Positions 25,851-39,300 of a DNA stretch of 64,000 nt are shown here, in pieces (position 1 is the stretch's first letter; each line of letters begins with the position of its first letter). The notes under the pieces were generated by a model, which searched no databases, had not been told where the DNA came from, and saw only the letters and a list, made by a program, of their open reading frames with translations. The stretch comes from Geosiphon pyriformis uo1 (taxonomy: Eukaryota; Fungi; Glomeromycota), in contig JAAOMT010000176.1 of NCBI GenBank assembly GCA_016748015.1, positions 496,617 to 560,616 of the forward strand. The letters run 5' to 3'. Both the position numbers and the translations under genes were made by a program.

Positions 25851-27399
25851 ACACTTTTTGGGAATTTGTAAAGGTAAAAGAGAAAGAAGTTTCAAAATTA
25901 TTATTCTTATAAAAAAACATAAAAAGTTTTTGGATTTTATTTACCCAAATTTTTGAAACAAGCTTTGAAAAAAAATCTATTGTTTATTTCTATAAATATT
26001 TTTTTAAATGTTATATATAACAAAAACTTTAACTGTATTTTAATAAAAGCAGTAAATATACTTTTATTTATCAATACTTTTAAATTAGAAAAATATTGTA
26101 TCAATAAAAACTAGAACTTGAAGCTACTAATCTTATTCCTAAAGTTATATAAAAACAAATACACCATAAATTTAAGACAATAGCTGAACCAATAAATACA
26201 CAATACAAACTTAAAACAGCTTTTAAACTTTACAACTTATTTAATACTTGCAAAAATATTCTATAAAACTTAATATTTTAACTAATAAAAATTCAATATA
26301 TTAACAAGTTTACAGAATTAAAATTTCAATAATTTTTAGACCAAATTACTTTAATAATACTAGATTATTATCTAAATACTATAGATAATATTTGAATTTT
26401 AATAAAGCTTAGTTTTAAAAAAGAAATTATATTATTAATAAAATTTAGTTAATAATTAACATAAAATTATTTTTATAATTTTTATTTTTAATTAGCATAT
26501 ATTATTATTAATTTAATTATTACTTATTATTTAATCAAATTTTCAAATATTATTATTCAATTAATAACCCAATTTATATAAATACAAATATGATGATCAA
26601 ATTATATAATACTTTAAACTCTGTAATATTTAAAAATTTACCAAATTTATAAAATTTTGTAAAATAATTGAATAATTCACTAAAATAATTTGTAATTTAT
26701 AGAAACAACTTATAGTTTACCAAAATATATCTTTTGTTTATTAAAATAATAACAAAGAGAAAAATGCAAATTCAAAATTTATTATTATAACAAATTGTAT
26801 AAAAGAAAAGTTTTTTTCTTCAAAAAAATATATTTTAGCAAAAAATAATAATTTTATCTTAGAATTATCTTTCTTAAAACAAGTTTCTTTATATAAATTA
26901 ATAAATTATCAAATATTTCAAAATTATAATTCAATTTAATTAACTTACAAATTAAAATTCTTTAAATTTCAATTAATATTTTAAAATTAAATAGTTACCA
27001 ATTTTAGTAATTTATTAATAATCTTAAGTCTAAACAGAAAATAATTTTTTTAATAAAATTTCTTTTTTTTATATTTTTATATTTTTTATTATAATCATTA
27101 AAATAGCTTATAAACAAGATTTCTGTAAAAAAATTGACTTTTACAACAAAGTAACTACATATTTTAGTAAGCTTTTAAACAAGTATTTTCTGAATAAAAT
27201 TTGACTTTTATCATAAAATAACTATATAAATAACTGATATAAAATTACTTATTTTATTTATAAATTTAGCTATTTAAATTATAAGAGATAATTTGAAGAT
27301 AAATTTAGTTATTAGAAGTTTAATTATTTCTAATAATCAAAAATTAACAACAAAACAATATTAACAACATTTAAAAAAAAAGACCAAAAATTTTTAGTA

Positions 27400-29500
27400 A
27401 TAATAATAAAAACTAAATTTTTAGACTTTTTATGTTATTTAACAATATTATTCTGCTTAGTTAAATTGTTTATATCTTTAATATTATATATAACAAACTT
27501 CCAAACAAATTTAATTATTGAAGTATAAAAAATATCAAAAAATTTAAGCCAAAATACAACTAATTTAACTTTACTAAAATAAAATTAACTAAAATCTTTA
27601 GCACAATTATTTTTGATTTTATGCTTTTTATCTTAATGGTTAAGATTTTTAAACTACTTATATCCAAAACTAAAGCTTTTAAAATGTCTATTATAAAAAA
27701 AAAGACAGTTTATATAAGATGTTTATAACCAAGTCTGAATTTAAATTTATAACAAAAACTAGTGCTTTGTTATAAAAAAAGAAATAGTTGCTAAAACATA
27801 AAAACTCAAGTTAAAACCATTTAACTTGTAAAAAATACTAGACATTTAATCTTATCAAAAGTTTTATAAACTATTTCAAAGATGTCAAATAAGTATTAAC
27901 AGAAATAACTAAATTTAATAGCAGATTTTTATTAACAAAAAAAAAAATACCAGAAAATAAAAAATTATCTTGAAAATTATTATAAACATTAACTAGAATA
28001 ACAACTAGAAAAATTATTTGCACTCAGAATTTATTATTAAAAGTTACAAGTTATAAAATAAAAATTTTTTTTTTTGGCATTAAAATGAGTTAACTAAAAG
28101 CAATCTTTATTTAAAATAAACTTTTTATAGACTTTTTTTAAAGTAAAACTAATTGTATTAATAACATTATATTTAAAAATTAAGTGTTTAAATCACTTAT
28201 TCTTTTTATAATGAACCAATTCTAATTTGGTCTAAAATAATTTTATCTTACTAAAAACAAATTTTATACAAAAAGCCAATTCTAAAATTTTTTTTGATTT
28301 AAGCTAATTATAATACAATATATTCTATTATCAGTTTTAAATAAGTAATTAATTATACAAGTTTTTTTATTACTTTTTTTTAATAAAGTATTAAGATTAT
28401 AAACAGTTGTTTTTACAGACAAAATAAACAAAAGCACTTTAAACTAATTTTTAAATATTTAAATATTATAATCTCTTATAATTTTAGCTATATACATTGA
28501 ATTTTTTTAATTAAAAAAGATTATTTAAATGCCAATTAATCTGCTTAACTTAATACAGTAAATTTCATTACAGTCTTCTGTCATAGTCTAATTAACTGCA
28601 ATTAAATTAATATTATCTAATTATATTTAGCAACTATAATAATAATCATCTTTTTTAACATATTTATAAAAAAATTTTTATTTATTACAGTTTAATTTAA
28701 GCAAAATTTTTGTTTGTTAAGATTGTTGTTTATTATAATGTTTTTTTTTTTAGCCAATAAAACAGTTTTTTTATGTTTTTTTTTAATATAAACATAAATC
28801 TAATAATTTTTTCAAATTTTGAAAAAGTGGCTCTTTTAAAATCATTAATTAATAAAAATAATTTCCTAATTACGTGTTTTTGTCATTATTGATTTGTCTT
28901 TTATTATTAAAAAATTAATGTTTAAAGCAAAAAATTTCTTAACAGTTATTTTTACTTGAGTTTTGATAATCTTGGGATTTATCTATTTTCTGTTCAAAAA
29001 GATTAAAAGATAAAAAGAAAAAAAAAACCTTATTATTTTTAATATTGTAACTAAAAGAACCAATTAGTAAACCAATTACAGCACCAGTATTAATTTGCTT
29101 AGTCTTAAGAATATTTATTTTAAAATCTAACCATTTTTTATTTTTACTATTTGTTTTATAGTTTGTATTAAAACCTAAAAAAATTACTAAAAAAGTATTA
29201 TTATTTGTATCTATTTTAGTAAACTAATTAACAATATATTTTAATCTATTAAAATCCAAATGTGTCTTATTATTTAAATGTTTTATATTATTAAAGAAAG
29301 TTTTTTGTTTCTAAACCAAGTTTTTACTAATAGAATTTAATGCCAAAACTTTGATTAATCTCTTTTTAGCAATAATATTACTTATAATAACAGCCAGTTT
29401 AATAAGAAAAAAAATTGTTTTTAAGAAATAATAAATATAAAAACAAAAAAAAACAGAAAAAAACTTTTCTTAAAAATTTTGACTCTTTTTTTGGAAATTT
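27400..29500 (-). mobile_element. Hypermutated LINE relic (ORF1 and start of ORF2)
   Basis: 27430-27525 aligns by eye with the ORF1/ORF2 junction at 55440-55535, and 28920-28990 with 25430-25490, with pervasive C>T/G>A. Ends approximate. Confidence 0.7.
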
Positions 29501-29569
29501 GGAATAAAAAAAAAATGTTTTTTTTAAATTATTACAATAAAAATATTGAAAATCTATTAGTATTATTTA

Positions 29570-30800
29570 TTAAATAAAACTGTTATTTATTAACTAAATC
29601 TATTGAAAAAATAATTTCTAATTAAAATTATTTATGTTATTATTAATTAATAAAAACTTTATTGTAAAATTAGAAAAAATGTTAAAAAACCATTAATATT
29701 TTATGTTTTTAGATTAAAAAAATACTTTAAACAATTACAAAAATAATATTAAAAAAACTTTAATAGCAATAGATAAATTTTAGATTAACTTATAAAAAAA
29801 ATATATAAAATACACAATAATAATTAGAATTTAAGAAATAATTTATATTATAATATTAACAAAAAACTTTTATTATAATATAAGTATTATTATATTATTA
29901 AAATTAAAAAACTTATAAAAATTAATCATAATAAAATCAAAAATATTGATAATTAATTTAATAAATAATTTATATTATTAAAATTAAAAAACTTATAAAA
30001 ATTAATCATAATAAAATCAAAAATATTGATAATTAATATATCAAAAAAATACTCTTATAATATTTAATAAATTCTATAAAAAAAATCAAAAAAATAATAA
30101 TTAATAATAATTTATTGCTAAAAAAAAACCAAAGTAATAACAAAAATTTTTAATTTTACTGTTATTAAATTTTGTTATGCTTTTTATTTATAATACTAAA
30201 ATAACTTTAATTATTAAAAAAGTGTTATTTAATTGAAAATATTTTTATATATAACATTAATACTAAAATAAATTATTATATAAAAAAAAATGATATAATA
30301 TAAAACTTAAATTATATAAAATTTATTATAATATTTAACAAAAAAAGCAATAACAATAACTGTATATATTGTTTAAATTTATTACAAAATTGAATAATAT
30401 ACTAATAAAATTTATTTAATATTTATAAAAAATTCTAAAAATTATGTTAATAAAGTCAAAAATTTTTAGAAACTAGTTACCAAAAAATTAGTAAAAATTA
30501 AAAATACTTGTCTAAATATCAAAAAAAACTGTTATATAATTAGTAAAAAAAACAATGTATTATTTGTTAAAAAACAAATATTATCATTTTTTATCAGAAA
30601 ATAAAATACAAATTTTATTAAAAATATATTATTATTTATATTAATTTTATAAATACCAAAAATTTTTAATTATATTAAAAAATTTAAACAATATAATTAA
30701 AAAAAATATTAATTACAAAAATTATTTTTTTATCCAAAATTTAAAACAGAATTTGAAAATCATAAAAAAAAAAACTTATTAAAAAACCAAAAACAAAAAC
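29570..30800 (+). mobile_element. Hypermutated family A-related gypsy relic (3' half of LTR, PBS, 5' gag)
   Basis: 29571-30062 follows 7263-7684 (TATTATTTATTAAATAAAAC vs TATTATTTATTGAATGAAAC). 30063 onward follows the reverse complement of 41830-41100. Confidence 0.8.
29891..30037 (+). repeat. Local duplication (67-bp exact unit, 80-bp period) inside relic LTR
   Basis: TATATTATTAAAATTAAAAAACTTATAAAA...GATAATTAAT at 29891 and 29971. Confidence 0.9.
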
Positions 30801-33004
30801 AATTATAAAACTAATATAAAAACAAATAATTAGTTTAAAAACCAAAACACTTATAATTAAGAAAAAAAAACCTTTTTTTTTTTATTAATTTTATGAGTGA
30901 AGTCCAATCACTATCTAATACAATACAACTATCTAAAGTTCTAAATTAAATATGATTTATGCTCTTGCTACATGTAACCAGTCACTCAGCCAATCAAGGC
31001 TACACTATGTAACTATATTTACTGTAACTTCACCAACAGCACCAGTGAAAAACAAACGGCCAATACTTAGACCAAAGTTGATTGCATGACCCCTCTTAAT
31101 TTCTAGTAAATAAGCAACACTACCTGAAACCTTAGCAGAAAGACTCTAAATAATATTATATAAAGACCCATCTGCACACAATAACTCATGACACTTCATT
31201 TCAGCTCAAAGTTTTGAATTAGGCATCCAAATTTGCTTTCTATGGCCAACAATCACACTCTGAACAAACTTGACCAAATTAGATATTGTGAGCTTAGTAT
31301 CTGCAAAAGATGTTTTAGCATCTGTCAACCAATCTTCAAATACAAGATCCTTGCACAAAGTTGTGTAGAGACCATTATTAGAAACAAAAGAAACCAGAGA
31401 CTGCAAAACCACAGATAACAACAAGGTTGCCCCAATAAGAGATTTCCAATGAGAGAAATGCTCACCTAACAAGCTCTGACATGTCAAAAAGTCCAAGTGA
31501 CAAACAAAACTATGATCTGAAAAATCCACATCCCTGCAATATATACATAATACACTAGGATAATTTCAATTATACAAGTACTTTCTAATAGCTACAGGCA
31601 GCCTCCTGTGTAAAGCTTTCATTAAATATGTGCACAAACTGGCAGTGGTTCTGCTTGTATAATTTGCAGACATGTGAGAATCAGGGTGCCAGACTGAGGC
31701 AGTACAAATTCAATTTATGTTCCTGACCCGTGAAAGATCCACAATGCTTGAACCAAATCTAAATTTCTATTGAAAACATCTAATAGTATTATTTGTTAAT
31801 TTAATGAAGCGGCGTGCATTCCCAGAAATCACCTTACCATCTGCCATTAAGAAATTTTCTTTGATGTTTGCTGAAAGAACAAGTCCTGAGGATGTGGCTA
31901 GATTAGCCAAACAATCAGCGCACTCATTGCCTAATACACCAGAGTAACTTTTTACCTTTGTCCAGATGACAGAAATGTTCTTATGTTTGACCAAATTGCT
32001 AATATGACAGTGTTCTATCTAGCACCTATTGCAAAAATCTGGAGCCACCAACCTCAATTCAGTCTGACAAGCATCTAAGAAAGCCTGACTGTTAGAGAAA
32101 ACCATAACATTCAAGGAAGCCGGAATGCACTTAAGAACCAGTACAACAGTCTGTATTTTAGCTAGGGTAGATGACAGCAAACCATGGATCTCCATACTTA
32201 CATGCAAACCTAGATCAGAAAAATAAGTGGCAGTTCTTTTAACAGCATCAGAGATACCAAAGTTTTTAACAAAACCATTAGTATAAACTGAGATCACTGG
32301 CAAAGAAGCATCTTTTAAACTAGAACAAACAAAACCAAAGTGTTCTATATTAGAAACATCCAACTTGGAAGGGGACTCAAAAACAGAAAAAGAATCTTTA
32401 ACCAAATCACTACTCTTGACAAAATCTGAAACCAGTATAAACCATATAAGAACTGGATTTCTGGGATCCAATTGTTTCTAATGGCAAAAATTCTTCCAAA
32501 TAAAACACTCTCCATGACTGTTCAACAACTGGTCTGCAAAAATGATCTCAAAACACTTCAGTGATTTGTAAATCTGGAGATACATTGCCTGGCCCAAAAT
32601 ATCCAGAACGGAAAAACCTCATTTAAGACGAAAAACATTGGGCAAACTATTAGCTAAAGAGATCTTATTACACAAAAAAACTTTAGTAACACCAGCCAGA
32701 AAATTGTTCATTGGATTGACCATCAGTTTAACAGGAAATTGAAAAAAGTTCTGAGGAACCCAGCCCAAAACCTGCAAATCCATTGACCTGTGCTTAAAAA
32801 GTTGACCCATTAACCTACTATCATTAGCAAACTGTAACACTAATGAGACTTTTGCTTCTGTCTGAACTTGTTCAAAGAGCTTCAAATTGTAAAAAGAAAG
32901 ATAATGCACTGTCTCATTAGAAAAGTCTCTAGGCAAACTGGCTTAAGATTTCAATCTCTTTCTAATCATATGGTTTTATTTCTCACATGTGCTTCTATTG
33001 ACAA

Positions 33005-33881
33005 TGTTACGGAATGGTTTTCTTGTTATATTTAATTGCTGATATCCCATTTCAATTGCAATCAGTCTTTCGTGAGTTCCTCAATTCTATTTGTGTGATA
33101 ATGTCACTGTTATACTGAAGGCTTTCTTTTTACTGTTGTGATGTAAGTTATTCTTTGATTCTTGATTGTTGTGTGTGTTTATGTACTTCTTCTCAGAGGC
33201 TGAACTAAAATCTACCCACTGTTTGGGGTCTTCTCTGAGGCTATTCTTGCAATTGTCTGATGTGTTTCTCTAATCTAAAAACACAGAATGTTAATGGTCT
33301 TTTAGCGCTTTTCTAATTCTTACAATAAAGCTTTTATCAATTAGTAACAACGTGAATAATCTTAATCAAGGATTATTCTTCCAAGGGATTCAGTTGATAA
33401 ATAATAGTTTCATTCAATAATTAATACAAGTAAGTTTCTTAATACTTTGGGTTGTGATAGTTCAGTTTTAAATATTTTTTTTCATTTCTTTTTGATTTTA
33501 AAAGTTTTTTGGGATATTTAATTTGAAAGTATGATTTAAAGTGGAGTTTGTTGAATAAAATTGGATCTATTGCTTGATAAGTTATGATTTTTATTACTTG
33601 ATTAATTATTTCCCAATATTAAAACTACTGTATATATACATGTTTGTAGTTCTATGAGAAAACACATTGTAATACTTTCTTTTTGATATTTCAACCTGGT
33701 GTTTGCTGCTATCACCAGTTGGTGTTGGCTGCTATTGTGAACTGGTGCTTGCCACTATTGTGAGATGGTATTTGCTACTATGTTAATCATTACCTTTCTA
33801 AGATCATTACTGTGCTATATTATGATTGAATAGTTTGTATTATTTTTATGATTCTTTTTGCTAAATTCTTAAACTGTAACA
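33005..33881 (-). repeat. 3' LTR, family A copy 2 (877 bp)
   Basis: TGTTAC...GTAACA termini; PPT at 33882-33896. Confidence 0.95.
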
Positions 33882-33894
33882 TTATCCCCTTCTT

Positions 33895-34560
33895 TCAAGA
33901 TTGAGCTCCATTAAAATCAAAGTTAATTTTTTCATTAAATTCTAAGTTACTATAGTGGTTCAATACTGTGTTATTAATTTGTTGTTGTAATTCTTGAAAT
34001 TGCGAGTTGGTAAGTCGTCCAATATTGTTGGTTGTTATTATGTTCATGGTTGGGTCCAACAATAATTTGTGACAGTTTTCAAATGCTTTGAAAATTCTGT
34101 AAACTGTTTTTGAATGGAATGTAGTGTTGGTTTTTCCAATAAAAGGTTCTAATAGTTGGATAGTTGTTTTGTCAAACACTCTAGTTGAGTCTTTTGAGTA
34201 TAATGTTTGTATGTTCAAGTGCTTTCCTAGTTGATAATAACAGTAATTAATTGGAAATTTTGTTTTCAAGTTGCTAAATGTGTCTGGTGTTAATTCACTT
34301 ATTTTTATTTCTTTGATTATTAATGTATTGCCCAATGCTATCTTTAATTTTTCAATAACTTTGCTAATAAATTTGTTGTTATATTTGGCAATATTATATG
34401 GTTCGAAATTATGTTCTTTTCTTGTTTTTGGATTTTCTATTGTTCTTTTTATGTATGTTATCTTGGAGCTATTAACTGTGATTTCCAGATCGGATTTTAA
34501 TTGTTGTAAGCTTTCAACTAATTGTTGAGTTATATTGTTGATGTTTTCTAGAATAAGTAT
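33895..34560 (-). CDS. ORF3 of family A (~221 aa, uninterrupted; unknown function)
   Basis: Frame open from the integrase stop (34648-34650) to 33895. ATA at 34560 aligns with the family B ATG (ILILENI vs MEITDNI). Confidence 0.75.
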   Translation of the reverse strand: MLILENINNITQQLVESLQQLKSDLEITVNSSKITYIKRTIENPKTRKEHNFEPYNIAKYNNKFISKVIEKLKIALGNTLIIKEIKISELTPDTFSNLKTKFPINYCYYQLGKHLNIQTLYSKDSTRVFDKTTIQLLEPFIGKTNTTFHSKTVYRIFKAFENCHKLLLDPTMNIITTNNIGRLTNSQFQELQQQINNTVLNHYSNLEFNEKINFDFNGAQS

Positions 34561-34647
34561 TATTGTTTTAATTTTGACTGCTATTTTGGAATCTTTTGCA
34601 TGCGTTTTTATGGTTGTTAAATCATTTTTGCCGTGATCTAAGATTAA

Positions 34648-36039
34648 TTATCTTTTTGAATAATGTTCAATTAAAACTATTGGTTCTAAATCTCGTGGAA
34701 TTTGTTCTGGTAGAATTAAAGGTAATTGTGTTCCAATTCTGGGTGTTTTTGTTGTTATTACTGGTTTACTGTAATAGAATTTCAGCCGGTTACCATGTGC
34801 TGCTTTTCTTAATATTTTATCATCTAGTCTTAGCTTGTATGCTCCATTTCCAAGTATTTCGTGAATATAAAATGGTCTATTCCACTTGTGATCAAATTTT
34901 CCACTCCACTGTTTTTCCATTTTTGTATGATGCAACAATACTTTATCTCCAATTTTGTAGCTAATTATATTATCTGGTAACTGGTTATCATGTCTCACTT
35001 TTTGTTGTTCTTGTGATTGTTCTTGTGATTGTTCAATATTTTGTGCTGCTTTTCTTCTTTTGTTTTCTAAAGTTCCCATTAATTCGTATGTTCTTCTAAG
35101 TAGTGTTTCCTAGAATGTTGCTTCCGTGATAGTGTCACTTGGATAAGTTGGGATAGTAAGTTCAACTGGTAATGTGGCTTTTCTTCTATAAACTAGTTCA
35201 AACAGTGTGAATTGTGTAGTATCTTGTTTTACTGTTCTATATGCTAGTAGTACTGCTGGTATGAACAAATCCCATTTTTTTTCATGTTTGTTACTAATTT
35301 TCGCCAGTGATTCGCATAATGTGTGATTAAATCTTTCAACTAATCTATTTGTTTGAGGGTAGTATGGTGATGACAGTGGTCGTTTGATTCCAAATTTTTG
35401 GCTAAGTTCTTTTAAGGTGCTGTTTACAAAGTGTGTGCTCTAATCTGATAGCAATTCTTGTGGACATCCATGTTGGTAAATTAAGTTTTCATGTACAAAT
35501 TGAACTATGGAAATAGCATCAGCTGTTTTAATAGCTCTAGCTTCTGGCCATTTGGTGAGATAGTCCATGGCTACTGCAATATAATGGTTGTTTCTTGTTG
35601 TTATTGGTAAGAGTCCAACTAAATTAATTCCAATTCTGTCAAATGGCTGTTCAACTTTTATTGGTCTTAATAATTCCGTTGTTTTTGCTCCTCCTCTTTG
35701 TTGGCATGGGTCACAATTTTTTATGTATTGGATTCTGTCTGAACTCATTTTTGGCCAATAGTAATGGCTAGTTACACGTTGGATGGTTGCTGTTTTTCCA
35801 AAGTGGCCTAAATGAATATCTGAGTGCATGTTAAATAAGATAGTTTCTTTTTCATCCATGGTTATAACTCTTAATAAATTATCTGGATTTTGTCAATTCT
35901 GGTAATAAAGTATGTGATTTTGGATAAAATAGTGTTTTGCTAATTTTTGGAGCTTAATTAGCTCTTTTACTGGCATTTCTTCATCTATTTGTAGTGTTTC
36001 CAAGTATTGGCTGAGGTTTTTGTAAAGGTGGTTGTTTAT
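34648..36039 (-). pseudogene. DDE integrase, separate ORF (~463 aa)
   Basis: ORFs 35440-35859 and 34648-35079 share one frame; HHCC region, core, GPF-like WNRPF. Confidence 0.9.
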
Positions 36040-36237
36040 TGTTGTTGTGGCAGGTGGGTTGGTAATTTTTATGTGTGTCTCATTCTTGACAAACAGTCGG
36101 CATTAGCATTTTTGGTACCTTTTTTGTATTTGATAATATAATCATATGGTGCTAATGTTTGTGACCATCTGGCGTATTTTTCTTTTAGCACTTTCTTGTT
36201 ATTTAACCAGACCAGACCTCTATGATCTGTGGTAATC

Positions 36238-36256
36238 CTGTCTCTTATACACATCT
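36238..36256 (+). other. Nextera/Tn5 mosaic-end adapter (assembly artefact) separating a ~265-bp false duplication
   Basis: Exact CTGTCTCTTATACACATCT. 35972-36237 is repeated from 36257. Translates to the MCIRDR signature. Confidence 0.97.
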
Positions 36257-36353
36257 GGCATTTCTTCATCTATTTGTAGTGTTTCCAAGTATTGGCTGAG
36301 GTTTTTGTAAAGGTGGTTGTTTATTGTTGTTGTGGCAGGTGGGTTGGTAATTT

Positions 36354-39300
36354 TTATGTGTGTCTCATTCTTGACAAACAGTCGGCATTAGCATTTTTGG
36401 TACCTTTTTTGTATTTGATAATATAATCATATGGTGCTAATGTTTGTGACCATCTGGCGTATTTTTCTTTTAGCACTTTCTTGTTATTTAACCAGACCAG
36501 ACCTCTATAATCTGTCGTAATCTCAAAGGGTTGGTACCATAAATATGTGTCAAAGTGAACACAACTCCAGACTATTGCTAAGCATTCAAGTTCATGTGTT
36601 GCGTAGTTTTGTTCTGCCATACTGAGACTTCTGCTGGCATAAGCGATTACACGTTCTCTTCCATTATCATCTTTTTGTGACAGAATGGCTCCAAGTCCAG
36701 TTCCAGAGGCATCTGTGGCCAAACTGAATTTCTTGTTGAAATTCGGATAGATCATTATTGGTGATTCAATGAGCTTTTGTCTAAGGTACTCAAAAGCTTT
36801 TTGTTGTGCTTTAGTCTATTCAAACTTCACATTTTTAGATAGTAGGTAATTAAGGGGTTTGGCAATGTTTGAAAAGTTTTCTACAAAGCGGCGGTAGTAA
36901 GATGCGAGTCCTAAAAAGCTTCTAACTTCTAAAACGTTTTGAGGTACTGGAAAATTTTTCACTTTGTCTATTTTTGATGGATCTGGTTTTATTCCATCTT
37001 TTCCAACTATGTGTCCTAAAAATGCTAGCTCATTTTTCCCAAAGAAACATTTTTCTAGATTTAGTTTAAGTTCAGCGTGTCTTAATCTCTCAAAAACTTG
37101 TTGTAAATGTTGGAGATAATCCGTGAATTTTAACAAGAAAACATTTGTATCATCCAAGTAGACAACAATGAATTGCCACAGGATTCCAGAGTAAATTACG
37201 TCCATTAGTCTTTGGAATGTTGCGGGAGCGTTTGTTAATCCAAATGGCATTACATTGAACTCATAATTGCCATTTTGTGTTGTGAATGCTGTTTTATGCC
37301 TGTCCTTTGGGTCCATTTCCACTTGCCAGTACCCACTGGTCAAGTCCAGTATAGAAAACCATTTTGCTCCTCCAAAAATGTCGAAAATTTTGTCAATTAA
37401 CAGTATTGGGTATGAGTCTTTGGTTGTTTTGCTGTTTAGTTTGTGATAGTCGACGCAAAATCTAATTTTTCCGTTCTTTTTTNNNNNNNNNNNNNNNNNN
37501 NNAAGTGAGTTCACAGTAGAGGGCAATTTCTGGGAAATTTAGAATTTTTTGTGGTGTTGATGCATTTTCTAGCTCTGTTCCGAGGTATCCAATGATGGTA
37601 TCTTCCAGAATGTAGACGGGTTCTTCTGTGGTGTTTGCAATAGGAATTTTTATCCATTGAGCTTTATCAGCTGGAATAAAAAGGTTAGTAAGTCCTATAA
37701 GAAACTGTTGGCAAGTTTCTGGGTAGGGCTCAAATATTAGGTCTTTTTCTTTAATTGTTTTTTTTATTCTTATTTCTGATTTTCCATATGGTAGGAGCAT
37801 GATGGACCACTTATTTTTAATTACTTCGCCTTTTTCCTCTATTGTTTCAGTGAAATTCACTTCAATTCCTTTTCCTGTTGATCCGAAACCAAAAGTTTCT
37901 CTCGTTGTTTGTGACAATTCCTCATGATTTTCCACTGGCACAAATTTCCCAATTTTTACCAATGGTAGGAAAATTGCTTGTACAATCTTTTCCTTAGATT
38001 TAATGGTATAAGGCTTTTCTGAATTGTTCTGTAGCAAAACCATCAAATTTCCAGTGTATCCGGAGTCAATTACTCCTCCTTGAACACTTATTCTTTTTTT
38101 CGCAAGACTTGATTGTAATGCTATTTGAACCATTATTCCTGGCGGAATTTCAACCACTATTTTTAGGTTGATTTTGGTGATGCTCCTGGGTGGTAACATT
38201 GTGGATTGGTCTTCTGGATAATGTAGATCAAATCTGGTGTCGGTTGGATGGGCTCTTTCGGGTATTATTCCTAAGTGCCCATTGTCAAAGTATCGGATGT
38301 CGGTCACCTGTTCTAGGTCAGTATAGGCTACAAATTTTTCTGACTCGGGACCGTCAGATAAGTCTTGTTGATTTATTGATTGATTTTGAGACTGCTGATT
38401 CTCAATTTCCATTTTTCTTTCTAAGTTCTTTTTGTCTTGACACTCTTCACAGCACTGATTTTGGCATGGAATGAGACAGTTTTTGCAGAAGTAAGTGTTG
38501 ATTTAGGCGAGGTATTGTTCTTGCTCTTGTCGAGTGAGTCATAGTTGTTGGTAATAGTCCTGGAATTCGTCCACTGGGTCAAACATGTTGTAGCTGGCGA
38601 CTTTATCGGCTACTTTGGCTGACTCTTTCCAACGTCGTATTTCTTCAGCGGTTCCTCCTCTTACTTTGGCTTGTGCGGTGTTATACAACTTGTCCTTGTT
38701 GTGTGGGTAGTGCTGTAGTCTTTTTAACGCTCTGTTGAACACTGCTTCGAATGGCGTTCCTCCTCTTACCCAGTCACAGATGAGGATCGTGTATTGGCAA
38801 GTTGCGTCACACGTTTCTCCTCTGTCTAGTAAGTCGTTCCAGTTGTACCCTCTTGGTAACAGTTCTCCACAAGTGAGACATGGTTCTTCATCCCATTTTC
38901 TGTGTCTTTCTGGGTAACTATATTTTTCTTTGTTACAACAGTTATAATAGTAGTGGGTGGGGTTTCTTGGGTCTTTGTCTGGTGCACTGCACGTAGTCAT
39001 AGATGAGAGTTTCTTCTTGCAAACCGAGCATTCTAGCTTTGGTCTGTGTTGCTAGTGGTTTCTTTGTGAACTTACCTGGTTCCATTCAGATCTTTCTTCG
39101 CTGGTCCACATTGGTATGGCTGGTAGTCCTGTTCTTTGGTCATTAGCCCAAGAGAGCTAATAGATTTCGATGGCTGGTAGTGTTGGATTTTCTTCAAATT
39201 TGAAGGTAGGTCTTTGGTTGGCGCTGGGTTTTTAGAAGTGGCCACAGGTGGCTGGAATTTTGGCCTGGTGGCCATTATAATTGATCAGAAGCTCTTGGGT

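Larger units (their letters stand above)
19165..25860 (-). mobile_element. Near full-length LINE (LINE-2 here), decayed, ~6.7 kb
   Basis: ORF1 plus ORF2 fragments, conserved 3' UTR, A-rich tail near 19165. Ends approximate. Confidence 0.92.

Noticed and set aside
25950-27400. Possible centromere/origin or organellar insert in very AT-rich DNA
   Set aside because: No supportable genes. Adjacent sequence is demonstrably mutated TE, so further relic DNA is the simpler explanation, though I could not assign it.
6808-33881. Giant inverted repeats (A and B LTR copies in opposite orientation) suggesting one large composite element or inversion
   Set aside because: Each complete element has its own LTR pair and TSD, so they are independent insertions.
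33895-34560. ORF3 as a retroviral envelope gene
   Set aside because: Too short, with no visible signal peptide, fusion peptide or transmembrane anchor.
36069-36269. Second RNase H ORF / real tandem duplication
   Set aside because: Created by the embedded Nextera adapter.
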